A stretch of 64,000 bases of DNA from an uncultured Bacilli bacterium (GCA_947598325.1 CANQFD010000002.1:90765-154764); one strand, 5' to 3'. Positions 39,379 through 49,489 are shown, numbered from the stretch's first letter. The notes: generated from the sequence alone by a model not told the origin. Translations and numbers: made by a program.

Positions 39379-40242
39379 TCAAATAAAAACTTTATATGGT
39401 TTTATAATATCTATATTATTTTTATCCACAATATAAATTGCTAATGCTTTGTTCTTATAAACAAAACAAAATTTATCATAATTATATATATTTTTAAGCT
39501 TACTACCATTTTTTATTTTTTTAAATAAAAAATCATCTACTTCGATATTTGGTAAATCTAAAACATCTTTTATACTAATAAGTTTAGAATCTTTAGATAA
39601 ATCAGAAATTTTTATTGCATTAGAAATAGTAAATTTACCTTGTTTCGTTCTAACTAGTGAAGACATTGTACCAGATATACCAAGTTTTTTACATATATCT
39701 CTAATTAAACTCCTAATATATGTCCCTTTTGAAACATTACATTTAAAAGAAAACTTTGTTACATCATCATAATAACATATATCTCCCATTAATTTTATTT
39801 CATTAACATATACTTCTTTTATAGGAAGTTTAACATCCTTATTCTCTCTTGCATACTCATATAGTTTTTTTCCATTAACTTTAACTGCACTATATTTAGG
39901 TACCTCCATAATATATTTACCTAAAAATGAGTTTAATACACTTTCTATCTCTTCTTTTGTAACCTTTCTTGGTATTTCTTTTTTTAATACATTTCCAGTA
40001 ATATCAAGAGTATCTGTGTCTATACCTAGTGTTACTTCAGCAATATATTCCTTATCATAAGCAGTTATCTCTGTAGATATTTTTAATGCTTTATTGACCG
40101 CTAATACTAAAACACCAGTAGCATCTGGATCAAGTGTTCCCATATGTCCTATCTTTCTTGTATTTAACTTAGAAATTGCAATATTAACAACATCCCTACT
40201 TGTCATACCTTTTTCTTTATTTATTATTACTATTCCATCCAT
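39379..40242 (-). CDS. truB: tRNA pseudouridine(55) synthase TruB
   Basis: KEKGMTSRDV...GHMGTLDPDATGVL catalytic-Asp motif. ORF track extends to 40257. Confidence 0.9.
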   Translation of the reverse strand: MDGIVIINKEKGMTSRDVVNIAISKLNTRKIGHMGTLDPDATGVLVLAVNKALKISTEITAYDKEYIAEVTLGIDTDTLDITGNVLKKEIPRKVTKEEIESVLNSFLGKYIMEVPKYSAVKVNGKKLYEYARENKDVKLPIKEVYVNEIKLMGDICYYDDVTKFSFKCNVSKGTYIRSLIRDICKKLGISGTMSSLVRTKQGKFTISNAIKISDLSKDSKLISIKDVLDLPNIEVDDFLFKKIKNGSKLKNIYNYDKFCFVYKNKALAIYIVDKNNIDIIKPYKVFI

Positions 40243-40299
40243 AATTTCACCATCCATTATAATAGAAAAAAATTCTAATAAAAACTTATATTAGAATTT

Positions 40300-40923
40300 T
40301 TATTTTGCTCTTACTGAGGACATATAATTATTAACCTTAACTGCCCAAGCACCACTTTCAGCATATTTAGAATTCATTGCCTCAGGTGTAGTTAATCCTT
40401 TTGCATAATAGTTATCTGCTAAATTATCTATAAAACCTCTTATACCATCATCTAGTGTTGGATAAGATCTATAACCACCTTTACAATTAGGACTTCCCTT
40501 TTGTCCTCCAACATTATTACAACTTGTAACTAACGCACTACAAGTCCATTTACATCCTGTTTCCAAAAGCATTATACTAATTGCTAAATAAGGGTCTACT
40601 CCTCTTTGAAGAGAATATGATGCAAATAGTTCACCTTTACCTGTCATTGTAGAAGTTAATGAACGATTTAACTTGGCAGATAATTCTTCCATTGTCATGC
40701 CTTCATATACAACAATTCTCTCATGAACATTATCATTTTTATTATATTCAGCTATATCATCCAACACCCTAATTTCTTTTTTTTCTTTATTTATAGAAGC
40801 GTCAACCTTTGACGTTCCATTAATATCTACATTCGATAAAAAACATGAAAATGCACTCAAACTAACAATTGAACAAACAAATGTTATAATTACTTTTTCA
40901 TTTATTAACCGAAATATTTTCAT
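40300..40923 (-). CDS. Secreted/anchored glucosaminidase-domain-like cell-wall hydrolase with a Cys-rich insert
   Basis: Signal/anchor, then LAISIMLLETGCKWTCSALVTSCNNVGGQKG...YRSY.....GI..F...L, resembling PF01832 (A.LE.g.g.S......NN.fG.K). GAGGTGA RBS before the ATG at 40923. Confidence 0.5.
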   Translation of the reverse strand: MKIFRLINEKVIITFVCSIVSLSAFSCFLSNVDINGTSKVDASINKEKKEIRVLDDIAEYNKNDNVHERIVVYEGMTMEELSAKLNRSLTSTMTGKGELFASYSLQRGVDPYLAISIMLLETGCKWTCSALVTSCNNVGGQKGSPNCKGGYRSYPTLDDGIRGFIDNLADNYYAKGLTTPEAMNSKYAESGAWAVKVNNYMSSVRAK

Positions 40924-40996
40924 TAGTTTCACCTCATTCGTTTTTAGCGAAAACATCTAAATGATATCATAATTTGATAAAAGAGTCAAATTAATC

Positions 40997-41923
40997 CTAA
41001 CCCCTTACTTTAACTATAACCATTAATATAGCAATAGCTATAGTAATAAGTATTATTGATAAAACAATTATATTTGAAAAACCAGAATCAGTTAATGTCT
41101 TTATTTTATAATCCCCTATAACCATATTATATTGATTTAACTTTTCCTTAACCTTTTTATCTATTGATATATAATCTTGTTCTATTTCCTCAAGTTCACT
41201 TTTAGTTTCAAATAAAATAGGACCATCATATTCATTAGATATTACAAAATCTAAAATACTATCTAATAGCTCCCCATTAGAAAACTTAATACATTTTATA
41301 TTTTTATTAAATATACTAAACCATTCACCTAAACTTGTAATCTGATTTTCTTTCTCCAAAACTGAGATATTTAAACATAATCCTATATAGTTTGTTGCAT
41401 CGTTTTCATTGAATCCAAAATCTTTAATAAGTAATTTTCTTGAATATACTAATATATCAGATATTTGGTTATAATTACATCCAAACATTGAATCATCTGA
41501 ATTTGAAGGCATATTTTCTATACATACCACAATCTTATTTGCTGCTAATGTAGCTATTCCAGTAACTATATTTAAGAAATACTTTTTTTGTTCTTCTATT
41601 GTAGACCATTCAAATAAATCAAGTGATAAATTTGATGCATTTATATTAACCATTTTCACATTGTTATTTATTAAAGTTCTTACCTTTGAATTTAAATTTT
41701 TTAAATTTGATAAATCTATACTAACGCTGGGTATATGAAAAATAATATTACCTCTATATGATTTTAATATATTAGAAATATCAAAATCTTTTCCATCTGA
41801 TTTAATTCTTAATTCTGTATTATTTGCCCTTAACTTAGTTGACATTTCACATCTTTCTTCATAATTTCCTTGAATTAAATAATTTGCTTTATAAGATATA
41901 CCAATTTGATTTATCAAATCCAT
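40997..41923 (-). CDS. Hypothetical 308-aa protein with a C-terminal TM anchor (possibly a TIM-barrel/xylose-isomerase-like fold)
   Basis: Soluble ~275 aa domain, then IIVLSIILITIAIAILMVIV-KVRG. The fold guess is weak. Confidence 0.4.
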   Translation of the reverse strand: MDLINQIGISYKANYLIQGNYEERCEMSTKLRANNTELRIKSDGKDFDISNILKSYRGNIIFHIPSVSIDLSNLKNLNSKVRTLINNNVKMVNINASNLSLDLFEWSTIEEQKKYFLNIVTGIATLAANKIVVCIENMPSNSDDSMFGCNYNQISDILVYSRKLLIKDFGFNENDATNYIGLCLNISVLEKENQITSLGEWFSIFNKNIKCIKFSNGELLDSILDFVISNEYDGPILFETKSELEEIEQDYISIDKKVKEKLNQYNMVIGDYKIKTLTDSGFSNIIVLSIILITIAIAILMVIVKVRG

Positions 41924-41992
41924 TATAACAACTCCCTACTACTATAATATAATTATAACTTAAATATCAAAATTAGAAAAGATGAATAAGAA

Positions 41993-42018
41993 AAAAAAGT
42001 ATAAATTTTATACTTTTT
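41993..42018 (-). terminator. Rho-independent terminator after rbfA
   Basis: aagtataaa/tttatactt hairpin embedded in A and T runs. Confidence 0.6.
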
Positions 42019-42022
42019 AATC

Positions 42023-42367
42023 CTATTCTTCATTATGTATTTCTTTTATAATATTTTCTATTTTGTTTCCATAATCTATAGATTCATCAAAAATAAAATT
42101 TAAAGAAGGAATTTTTCTCATTTCAAGTTTTCTTTTTATTAATTCTGATCTAATAAATCCAGTTGCATTATTTAAATCATGTATACATTTTTCCTTATTA
42201 CTATCATTTAATACCGTAAAATATACTTTTGCATATGATAAATCACTAGATAAATCTATATGTGTTATAGTAACAAATTTTATATCTTCATCTTTTATTT
42301 CAGTCATTAATATTTCACTTATTTCTTTTATAAGTAAATTAGCGAGTCTTTCTGTTTTTATACTCAT
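42023..42367 (-). CDS. rbfA: Ribosome-binding factor A
   Basis: RLANLLIKEISEIL...VTITHIDLSSDLSYAKVYF; 114 aa, downstream of infB. Confidence 0.9.
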   Translation of the reverse strand: MSIKTERLANLLIKEISEILMTEIKDEDIKFVTITHIDLSSDLSYAKVYFTVLNDSNKEKCIHDLNNATGFIRSELIKRKLEMRKIPSLNFIFDESIDYGNKIENIIKEIHNEE

Positions 42368-42383
42368 ATTAATACCTCATTTT

Positions 42384-44528
42384 TTATCTTTCTATTTCTA
42401 CCATTTCATATACTTCAATAACATCATTTTCTTTTATATCATCAAAATTTTTAAGAGTTATTCCACATTCAAACCCTTTCTTAACTTCCTTTGCTTGATC
42501 TTTTTCTTTTTGTATCGTATTAATTTCACCATCATAAATAACTACACCATCGCGTATTAATCTTGCTTTTGAGTCAATCTTAATTATACCATCAGTTACC
42601 ATACAACCCGCTATTGTACCAACCTTAGAAAATTTAAATAATTTTCTAACTTCTGCTTCTCCTATTACCTTCTCTTCATACTCTGGATCAAGCATACCTT
42701 TCATAGCAGATTCCATATCTTCAACAAGTTTATATATTATATTATACAATCTAATATCAACACCATATTCTTTTGCAAAATCTAAAGTCTTAGAATTAGG
42801 TCTAACATTAAATCCAATTATAATTGCATCAGAAGCATTAGCTAGAACGATATCACTTTCAGTAATAATTCCAACACCACTTCTAATTACCTTTATTTTT
42901 ACATCTTCAACTTCTATTTTAGCTAATGCATTTTTTACTGCCTCTTCAGTCCCCTTAACATCTGTTTTAAGTACAATATTAATTTGCTTAATACCAGACT
43001 GTATTTTACTAAATAAATCATCTAATGATACAGGAGTATTAGTTTTACTATTTTTTAATTTTTCTTGTTCTTTTCTATTTTCTGCAATTGTCCTTGCTTC
43101 TTTCTCTGTTTCGTATGCCATAAATCTATCTCCTGAAGATGGAACTTCATTTAAGCCAGTTATTTCAACAGGAGTAGATGGCATAGCCTCAACAACTTCT
43201 CTTCCAAAATCATCTTTTAAAGTTCTAACCTTACCGTAAGTAGTTCCAACAACTATTGGATCACCTAGTCTTAAAGTTCCATTTTGTACTAGTAATGTTA
43301 CTGTTGATCCTACATTCTTATCTAATTTTGATTCTATAACAGTTCCGCTAGCATATCTATTTGGATTAGCTTTTAATTCTTTCATTTCAGAAACCAATTG
43401 AATACTATCTAAAAGTTCATTAATTCCTTCTCCAGTTTTTGCAGATATTTTTACATATATAGTATCTCCACCCCATTCATCTGGAGTTAAATCATGAGCG
43501 GCCATCTCTGTCATTATCTTTTCTGGATCTGCACCTGGTTTATCTATCTTATTTATAGCAACTATTATAGGTACTCCAGCTGCTTTAGCATGATCTATAG
43601 CTTCTTCTGTTTGAGGCATAACACCATCATCAGCTGCTACTATTATAATAACTATATCAGTAACTGCTGCACCTCTTGCTCTCATTTCTGTAAATGCTGC
43701 ATGTCCTGGAGTATCTATAAAGGTAATTTTTTTACCATTTTTTTCTATTTGATACGCCCCGATATGTTGAGTTATTCCTCCAAATTCACCATTTGTTATA
43801 TGACTATTTCTTATATAGTCTAACAGACTAGTTTTCCCATGATCTACATGTCCCATTATAGTTACAACTGCTGGTCTTTCTTCTAAATCTTTTGGGTCAT
43901 CATTTATCTCAAATTTTTCAAAATTTGTTTTATCTTGTGACTCAAAACTTTTTACTATCTTATCATAATCAACCGCTATCATTTCAGTATCATCAAATGA
44001 AATTTGATTATTCATACTAGCCATTATACCTAAATTCATTAATTTTTTTATAATATCTGTAACTGGAACATTAAGTTCCTTAGCAAGATCATTTACAGTC
44101 ATTCCATCTTTATATATAATTATATTCTTATCTTGTGACGCCTCATTTTGAGTTAATTTTTCTTTATTTTTATACATTTCTTTTCTTTTAGCATTTATAT
44201 CTTCTTTAGCTACTTGACTCTTCTTTTTTAATTTCTGTTTTTTTATTGTATCATCAAACTTTAAATTAGAAGAACTTGCTAAAATTTCAGCTTTATCTTC
44301 TAACTCTTCTTCTAAATCATAATCTTTTTCATCCGTAACTTCATCTAAATATACTGTTTCTTCTTCGCTTTCTGAATTAATTACAAGAACATTATCCAAA
44401 TCAATTACTTGATCTTCTGTAAGAATATCCTCCTCATTACTTATTTCAAAACCTAACTCTTTTGCCTTTTTAATTACTTCATCAACAGACATATTAATAT
44501 CTAATGCATATTCTTTTACACTCATCAT
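42384..44528 (-). CDS. infB: Translation initiation factor IF-2
   Basis: [22 protein letters not shown]-domain motifs; 714 aa. Confidence 0.95.
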   Translation of the reverse strand: MMSVKEYALDINMSVDEVIKKAKELGFEISNEEDILTEDQVIDLDNVLVINSESEEETVYLDEVTDEKDYDLEEELEDKAEILASSSNLKFDDTIKKQKLKKKSQVAKEDINAKRKEMYKNKEKLTQNEASQDKNIIIYKDGMTVNDLAKELNVPVTDIIKKLMNLGIMASMNNQISFDDTEMIAVDYDKIVKSFESQDKTNFEKFEINDDPKDLEERPAVVTIMGHVDHGKTSLLDYIRNSHITNGEFGGITQHIGAYQIEKNGKKITFIDTPGHAAFTEMRARGAAVTDIVIIIVAADDGVMPQTEEAIDHAKAAGVPIIVAINKIDKPGADPEKIMTEMAAHDLTPDEWGGDTIYVKISAKTGEGINELLDSIQLVSEMKELKANPNRYASGTVIESKLDKNVGSTVTLLVQNGTLRLGDPIVVGTTYGKVRTLKDDFGREVVEAMPSTPVEITGLNEVPSSGDRFMAYETEKEARTIAENRKEQEKLKNSKTNTPVSLDDLFSKIQSGIKQINIVLKTDVKGTEEAVKNALAKIEVEDVKIKVIRSGVGIITESDIVLANASDAIIIGFNVRPNSKTLDFAKEYGVDIRLYNIIYKLVEDMESAMKGMLDPEYEEKVIGEAEVRKLFKFSKVGTIAGCMVTDGIIKIDSKARLIRDGVVIYDGEINTIQKEKDQAKEVKKGFECGITLKNFDDIKENDVIEVYEMVEIER

Positions 44529-44549
44529 AAGTAATCACCTCTTTCTTTT

Positions 44550-44819
44550 TTATTCATTACTATTTATTATATTCTCAATATCATCATATATTTTATCTTC
44601 AATATTTTTTTCAAACATTTTATCTAAAATTTTTGTTTTCTTTGCCTTTTCTAAAACATTAATATCTTTTTTTATATATACTCCTCTACCATTTGCTTTA
44701 CCTGTTTTATCAACAAAAATATCACCCATATTATTTTTAACTATTCTAATTAAGTTTTTCTTTTCTAATTTTTCTTTTGTTACAACACATGTTCTTAACG
44801 GTATTTTTCTATTTTTCAT
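44550..44819 (-). CDS. ylxR: YlxR/RnpM (DUF448) RNA-binding protein
   Basis: IPLRTCVVTKEK....LIRIV......D..GK.NGRG.Y; sits between nusA and infB. Confidence 0.85.
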   Translation of the reverse strand: MKNRKIPLRTCVVTKEKLEKKNLIRIVKNNMGDIFVDKTGKANGRGVYIKKDINVLEKAKKTKILDKMFEKNIEDKIYDDIENIINSNE

Positions 44820-44827
44820 ATTTTCAC

Positions 44828-45913
44828 CTATGCTTCGTAATATTTATATATATTTATTCCCTCTTCTTGAACCTTTGAAGGTGTTTTTACATCAATTCTA
44901 CATTTTGTAAGTCTTGCTGCCAATTTCACATTTTGACCTCTTTTACCAATTGCTAATGATAAATTATCTCCATCAGCAACTGCTAATACTTGTTTACCTT
45001 TATCATCTAAAATATATACCTCTAAATCTTTAGCTGGACTAAGTGCATTTTTAACAAATGTTACTATATCCTTATCATATTTAACAACATCTATCTTTTC
45101 ACCATTTAATTCTTTTGAAATACTATTTATTCTAACACCTTTTTCACCTATACATGCACCAACAGCATCAACTTTTTCATTTTCTGAATATACTGCAATC
45201 TTGCTTCTGCTACCAGCATCTCTTGCAACACTATAAAGTATTACTATACCCTCATTCAACTCTGGTATTTCATTTTCTAAAAGTCTTTTTACAAAACCAT
45301 AATGACTTCTTGAAAGTAATATTACAGGACCACCTTTTTGTCCTAGTTCTATTTTTACTACATAAACTTTTATTTTTGAACCCATTGTAAGTTCTTCACC
45401 TGGAATTATTTCAGTTTTAGGTAATATACCATTTACTCTACCTAAATCAACATAATAATTTTGTTTATCTTCTCTTGCTAATGTACCTATTAATAATTCC
45501 CCTTCTTTATCTTGAAATTCATTCATTATACTTTCTCTTTCAGCTTCACGAATTTTTTGTGTAAAAACCTGTTTACAAGTTGATGTAGCTATTCTACCAA
45601 AATCTCTTGGAGTTACTTCTTCTTCTATTACATCTCCAACTTTAAAGCCCTTTTTATCATCTAATTCTTCTAATAAAATTTGTGAATCTTCATCATCTTC
45701 CATATTAATTTCATCTACTACTACTTTCCTTGAAAAAACTTTTATATCTCCTGTTTCTCTATTAAGATTAACTACTGAGTTTGTAGCGCCACCAAAATTC
45801 TTTTTATAAGCCGCATTTAGACCATCTTCTATGTATCCAAATATTTCATCCTCAGTTATTCCTTTTTCTTTTGCTAAAACTTTTACAGCTCTTATTAATT
45901 CTTCTTTATTCAT
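44828..45913 (-). CDS. nusA: Transcription termination/antitermination factor NusA
   Basis: N-terminal domain, S1 and two KH domains. Start MNKEEL at 45913 after GGAGG; ORF track extends to 45940. Confidence 0.95.
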   Translation of the reverse strand: MNKEELIRAVKVLAKEKGITEDEIFGYIEDGLNAAYKKNFGGATNSVVNLNRETGDIKVFSRKVVVDEINMEDDEDSQILLEELDDKKGFKVGDVIEEEVTPRDFGRIATSTCKQVFTQKIREAERESIMNEFQDKEGELLIGTLAREDKQNYYVDLGRVNGILPKTEIIPGEELTMGSKIKVYVVKIELGQKGGPVILLSRSHYGFVKRLLENEIPELNEGIVILYSVARDAGSRSKIAVYSENEKVDAVGACIGEKGVRINSISKELNGEKIDVVKYDKDIVTFVKNALSPAKDLEVYILDDKGKQVLAVADGDNLSLAIGKRGQNVKLAARLTKCRIDVKTPSKVQEEGINIYKYYEA

Positions 45914-45914
45914 A

Positions 45915-46157
45915 CTATTCTCCTCCTTTTGAACAAACATCTAAAACATAGCTTTCTTCTATTAAATCTTCTTTATCTAATATAGGATTAATTATATTAG
46001 TTGCAAGTACACATGTATCGATATCTACATAAGGTTTTTTATCAATAACTATAACAAGATTTTTTACACCATTTTCTTCTTCAAAATAAACATCAACTAA
46101 TTTAATGTTATTTTCATCTAGTGGTTTAATAACTAGCTCCTTAATTTTTTCTATCAT
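45915..46157 (-). CDS. rimP: Ribosome maturation factor RimP, N-terminal domain only (~80 aa)
   Basis: MIEKIKELVIKPLDENNIKLVDVYFEEENG...VIVIDK...D.C...I..ILD..D.I...Y.LDV. It stops at ...SKGGE, one nt before the nusA ATG. GGAGG RBS before the ATG at 46157. Confidence 0.7.
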   Translation of the reverse strand: MIEKIKELVIKPLDENNIKLVDVYFEEENGVKNLVIVIDKKPYVDIDTCVLATNIINPILDKEDLIEESYVLDVCSKGGE

Positions 46158-46308
46158 TATATACCTCCAAATTGTATAATAAAGAGTGAGGATTAACCTC
46201 ACTCTAAAGATGTCAAAACAATTATAACATAAAATATGAAAATTTGTACATATTTATTTTATAATTCACTTATTATAATTTACGTGATATAATTAATATG
46301 GAATATAG

Positions 46309-46992
46309 GTGAAAAATATGAAAAATAAATTAATTAAAAACTGTTTTATGTTCTTATTCTATTTTATTTATGAAATAATTCCATTATCTATTTTGTCATT
46401 ATTAAATATAGATACAAATAATTGGAGTAACGTAACCAAAAATATATATTTAATATCAACTAGTCTTATTTATTTAATATTTGTAATTATAGTATATAAA
46501 GATGAATTACGTATTGATCTTTCAAACTTTAAAAAAAATGGGTTAAATTTATTCATAAAATTTTTACCCATATATATAATTGGAATTCTTGCTATGGGAA
46601 TATCTAACTCCATTTTGTATAAAATTACTGGTATTGAAATGTCAAATAATGAACAAAGTGTTAGAGAGTATATAAAATTATTCCCTATATATATGAGTTT
46701 TTCAACGGTAATATATGCCCCAATAGTAGAAGAAATAACATTTAGAAAAACTTTTAAAAATATAATTAACAATAAATATTTATTTATTATTATTAGTGGA
46801 ATAATATTTGGTTTGATACATATAACATCAGATAGTAGTAATTTCAATGATTTTTTATTATCTATTCCATATATGCTTATGGGTATAGATCTAGCCTTTA
46901 TTTATTATAAAAGCAATAATATTTTTACCACTATAACTATTCATTCATTTCATAACTTTATTTTATTATTATTTCAGTTTATAGGAGGATAA
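46309..46992 (+). CDS. CPBP-family intramembrane glutamic endopeptidase (CAAX protease-like)
   Basis: APIVEEITFRK, GLIH and HSFHNF motifs in a polytopic membrane protein. Confidence 0.85.
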   Translation: MKNMKNKLIKNCFMFLFYFIYEIIPLSILSLLNIDTNNWSNVTKNIYLISTSLIYLIFVIIVYKDELRIDLSNFKKNGLNLFIKFLPIYIIGILAMGISNSILYKITGIEMSNNEQSVREYIKLFPIYMSFSTVIYAPIVEEITFRKTFKNIINNKYLFIIISGIIFGLIHITSDSSNFNDFLLSIPYMLMGIDLAFIYYKSNNIFTTITIHSFHNFILLLFQFIGG

Positions 46993-46994
46993 AT

Positions 46995-47870
46995 ATGAAA
47001 AAAAATATAGAAATAGAAGAAGATATTTTTGATGAAGAAGAAAAAGAATCTAGTATATTAAGAAAAATATTTTTTATTTTAATATTAACTATAGTTATAT
47101 TAATAATATATTCAAGATATATTGCTACATCTGGTTTAATTATAAAAGAGTATAATGTTAAAAATAATAATTTACCTGAATCCTTTAACGGTTTAAAAAT
47201 AGCTCATTTTTCTGATTTCCATTATGGTAGAACTACAAATATAAACAATCTTAAATACTTAGTTAAACAAATAAATTTAAGTAAACCTGATATAATATTC
47301 TTTACAGGTGATTTTATAGATAAAGATGTAAAAATTAATGAAAAAGATTTAAATAATATAAAATTAGAACTTAATAAATTAGAATCTACATATGGAAAAT
47401 ATTATGTTTTTGGAAATCATGATTTAAAGTTTGAAGAAAGTGCATCTATTTTTAATGAATCTAACTTTATAGATCTAAATGATAAATATGATATTATATG
47501 TAATAGTAATAATGATAAAATACTAATATCTGGATTATCATATAATAGTAATTATGAATTCTTAAAAGATATAAATATGAGTGAGATGCCTAAATATAAA
47601 ATTAATATAATGCATAAACCTGATGCATATGATGATATCAGTAATTATAATTTTAATTTAATACTTGCTGGGCATTCACATAATGGACAAATTACACTTC
47701 CATTTTATGGTGCGATATACACTCCAAATGGAGCAAAAAAATATTATAAGCCTTATTATAAATTAAATGAAACAGATATGTACATATCAAGTGGAATTGG
47801 AACATCTAGTTTTAATTATAGATTATTTAATAGACCATCATTTAATTTTTATAGAATAACAGTAAAATAG
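46995..47870 (+). CDS. Membrane-anchored calcineurin-like metallophosphoesterase (YkuE-like)
   Basis: HFSDFH, GDFID, GNHD and GHSHNGQ motifs; N-terminal TM. Confidence 0.85.
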   Translation: MKKNIEIEEDIFDEEEKESSILRKIFFILILTIVILIIYSRYIATSGLIIKEYNVKNNNLPESFNGLKIAHFSDFHYGRTTNINNLKYLVKQINLSKPDIIFFTGDFIDKDVKINEKDLNNIKLELNKLESTYGKYYVFGNHDLKFEESASIFNESNFIDLNDKYDIICNSNNDKILISGLSYNSNYEFLKDINMSEMPKYKINIMHKPDAYDDISNYNFNLILAGHSHNGQITLPFYGAIYTPNGAKKYYKPYYKLNETDMYISSGIGTSSFNYRLFNRPSFNFYRITVK

Positions 47871-47879
47871 TAATTAAAA

Positions 47880-49085
47880 TTAATTACTATTTTTTATAGG
47901 TAATTTTATAACTACTTTTGTCCATTTGCCATATTCAGTATAATAATTTATCATTCCAGAGTGACTATCTATAACTTCTTTACTAAAACATACTCCAAGA
48001 CCTGTTCCATCTTGTTTTGTAGTATAAAATGGTTTATACATTTCTTTTAAAGTATTATTATCAATACCTATACCATTATCTTTCAATGTAATAACGAAAA
48101 AACCTTCATCTATTTCACACGAAATATTTATAATTCCATTTGATATATTCTTCTCTTTTATTGCTTCCATAGAATTTTTAATCAAATTAAGAAAAACCTG
48201 CTTTAATCTTTTATAGTCACCATTTATATATACTTCATCATCTACACCACTAAAATTTATTTTTATACCACTAGATTTTACATAATTTTTAAATCCATCA
48301 TATGTATCCTCTATTAACATTTCAATATCCATTTCTTCTTTATTTATTTCTATCTTTGAAAAATTTAAAAAATCTTTTAATAACTCTAATGTTCTATTTA
48401 TTTCCTCCTTTAATATTTCTATATATTTAGTACTTTTTTTAACATCATTAACATCAAACATATCTAAATAACCCTTACATACTGCGATTGGATTCTTAAT
48501 TTCATGAGTTATCTTAAATATTGAATCATTAATAACCTTTTCTTTCTTTAATTTTTTTATATTCATATTTAAATCCATTATAGATTCTCCTATATTAAAT
48601 AAATATAAAATAAGTATAGCAATAATTGCAAATAATAAACTATCTAAAATAGTAAGTTCTCCTATATATAAGTATGATATTAATATCTTTACTATAGTAA
48701 AATTAATTACTATCTTTATAATGTTTTTATTTCCAAAATTAAGCTTTGTTAATAAATAATATAATATATATTCAGATAAAAGATAAACTATACTAAAATT
48801 AAAATAACTATAATAAGTGCCTATTATTAAAATAGATAATAATATAACCATATACTTTCTATCTTTTATTATAGCTATAAGCAAAGGAATATTTATTAAA
48901 TTTATATTATAAGCTGAAATATCATTAGCATACTTAATATATAGATATAAAGAAGTAATCAAAGCTAAATCCAAATATAGATTTTTTTTCTTATCCTTTT
49001 TATAACTATGTTCACCTAAATAAATTATATAACACATGAGTGGAAATAATATTAATATCGTGTTTAAAATCATATTATCGATCAT
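47880..49085 (-). CDS. Orphan polytopic sensor histidine kinase
   Basis: About 170 aa multi-TM N-terminus, H-box THEIKNPI, and an ATPase domain (NLIKNSMEA...DNGIGI...GTGLG). No adjacent response regulator. Confidence 0.85.
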   Translation of the reverse strand: MIDNMILNTILILFPLMCYIIYLGEHSYKKDKKKNLYLDLALITSLYLYIKYANDISAYNINLINIPLLIAIIKDRKYMVILLSILIIGTYYSYFNFSIVYLLSEYILYYLLTKLNFGNKNIIKIVINFTIVKILISYLYIGELTILDSLLFAIIAILILYLFNIGESIMDLNMNIKKLKKEKVINDSIFKITHEIKNPIAVCKGYLDMFDVNDVKKSTKYIEILKEEINRTLELLKDFLNFSKIEINKEEMDIEMLIEDTYDGFKNYVKSSGIKINFSGVDDEVYINGDYKRLKQVFLNLIKNSMEAIKEKNISNGIINISCEIDEGFFVITLKDNGIGIDNNTLKEMYKPFYTTKQDGTGLGVCFSKEVIDSHSGMINYYTEYGKWTKVVIKLPIKNSN

Positions 49086-49144
49086 ATTTTCCCTCCTTTT
49101 ACCTTATTCTACATAATGTGACAGAAAAAATTTGTCGAAAAAAG

Positions 49145-49170
49145 AAAAAAACGATATTTCTATCGTTTTA
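49145..49170 (-). terminator. Hairpin terminator at the 3' end of the EIIB-like gene
   Basis: aaacgata-tttc-tatcgttt with flanking A-run (T-run on the minus strand). Confidence 0.5.
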
Positions 49171-49489
49171 ATTCATCTATATATTTTAATAAAGCTTTTG
49201 CATTTGGTCCTAATATTATCTTTAATTGATTATCTATTTCAACTATTCCTTTAGCACCAAGCTTTTGAATAGCATCTTTATTTACCTTACTTACATCTTT
49301 TAATGTAACTTTAAATCTAGACATATTTACTTCCATAGAAAGAATATTATCCTTTCCTCCCAAATAATCAACTAATTTATTAGCCTCTATATGAAAATCT
49401 TTTTTATTAGCTTTTAATACAATAATAACAATAAATAATAGAATTGCTAATATTATTAAATACTGATAACTAATACTCATTTTTATCAC
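49160..49489 (-). CDS. Membrane-anchored PTS EIIB(Glc)-like domain protein lacking the catalytic cysteine
   Basis: LVDYLGGKDNILSMEVNMSRFKVTLKDVSKVNKDAIQKLGAKGIV is similar to E. coli EIIB(Glc) as recalled from memory (L..A.GGKENI...DACITRLRV.V.DVSKVD...LKKLGA.GVV), with the catalytic Cys position occupied by Asn. Confidence 0.7.
   Translation of the reverse strand: MIKMSISYQYLIILAILLFIVIIVLKANKKDFHIEANKLVDYLGGKDNILSMEVNMSRFKVTLKDVSKVNKDAIQKLGAKGIVEIDNQLKIILGPNAKALLKYIDELKR

Noticed and set aside
45915-46202. rimP as a frameshifted pseudogene.
   Set aside because: The sequence immediately after its stop is the nusA start. There is no leftover C-terminal-domain coding sequence in any frame. 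It is therefore treated as a short intact gene (see the finding).
47880-49489. The EIIB-like gene and the orphan kinase as a single operon.
   Set aside because: A hairpin with a T-run (about 49145-49170) and a 74-nt gap separate them. Only adjacency is claimed, not co-transcription.
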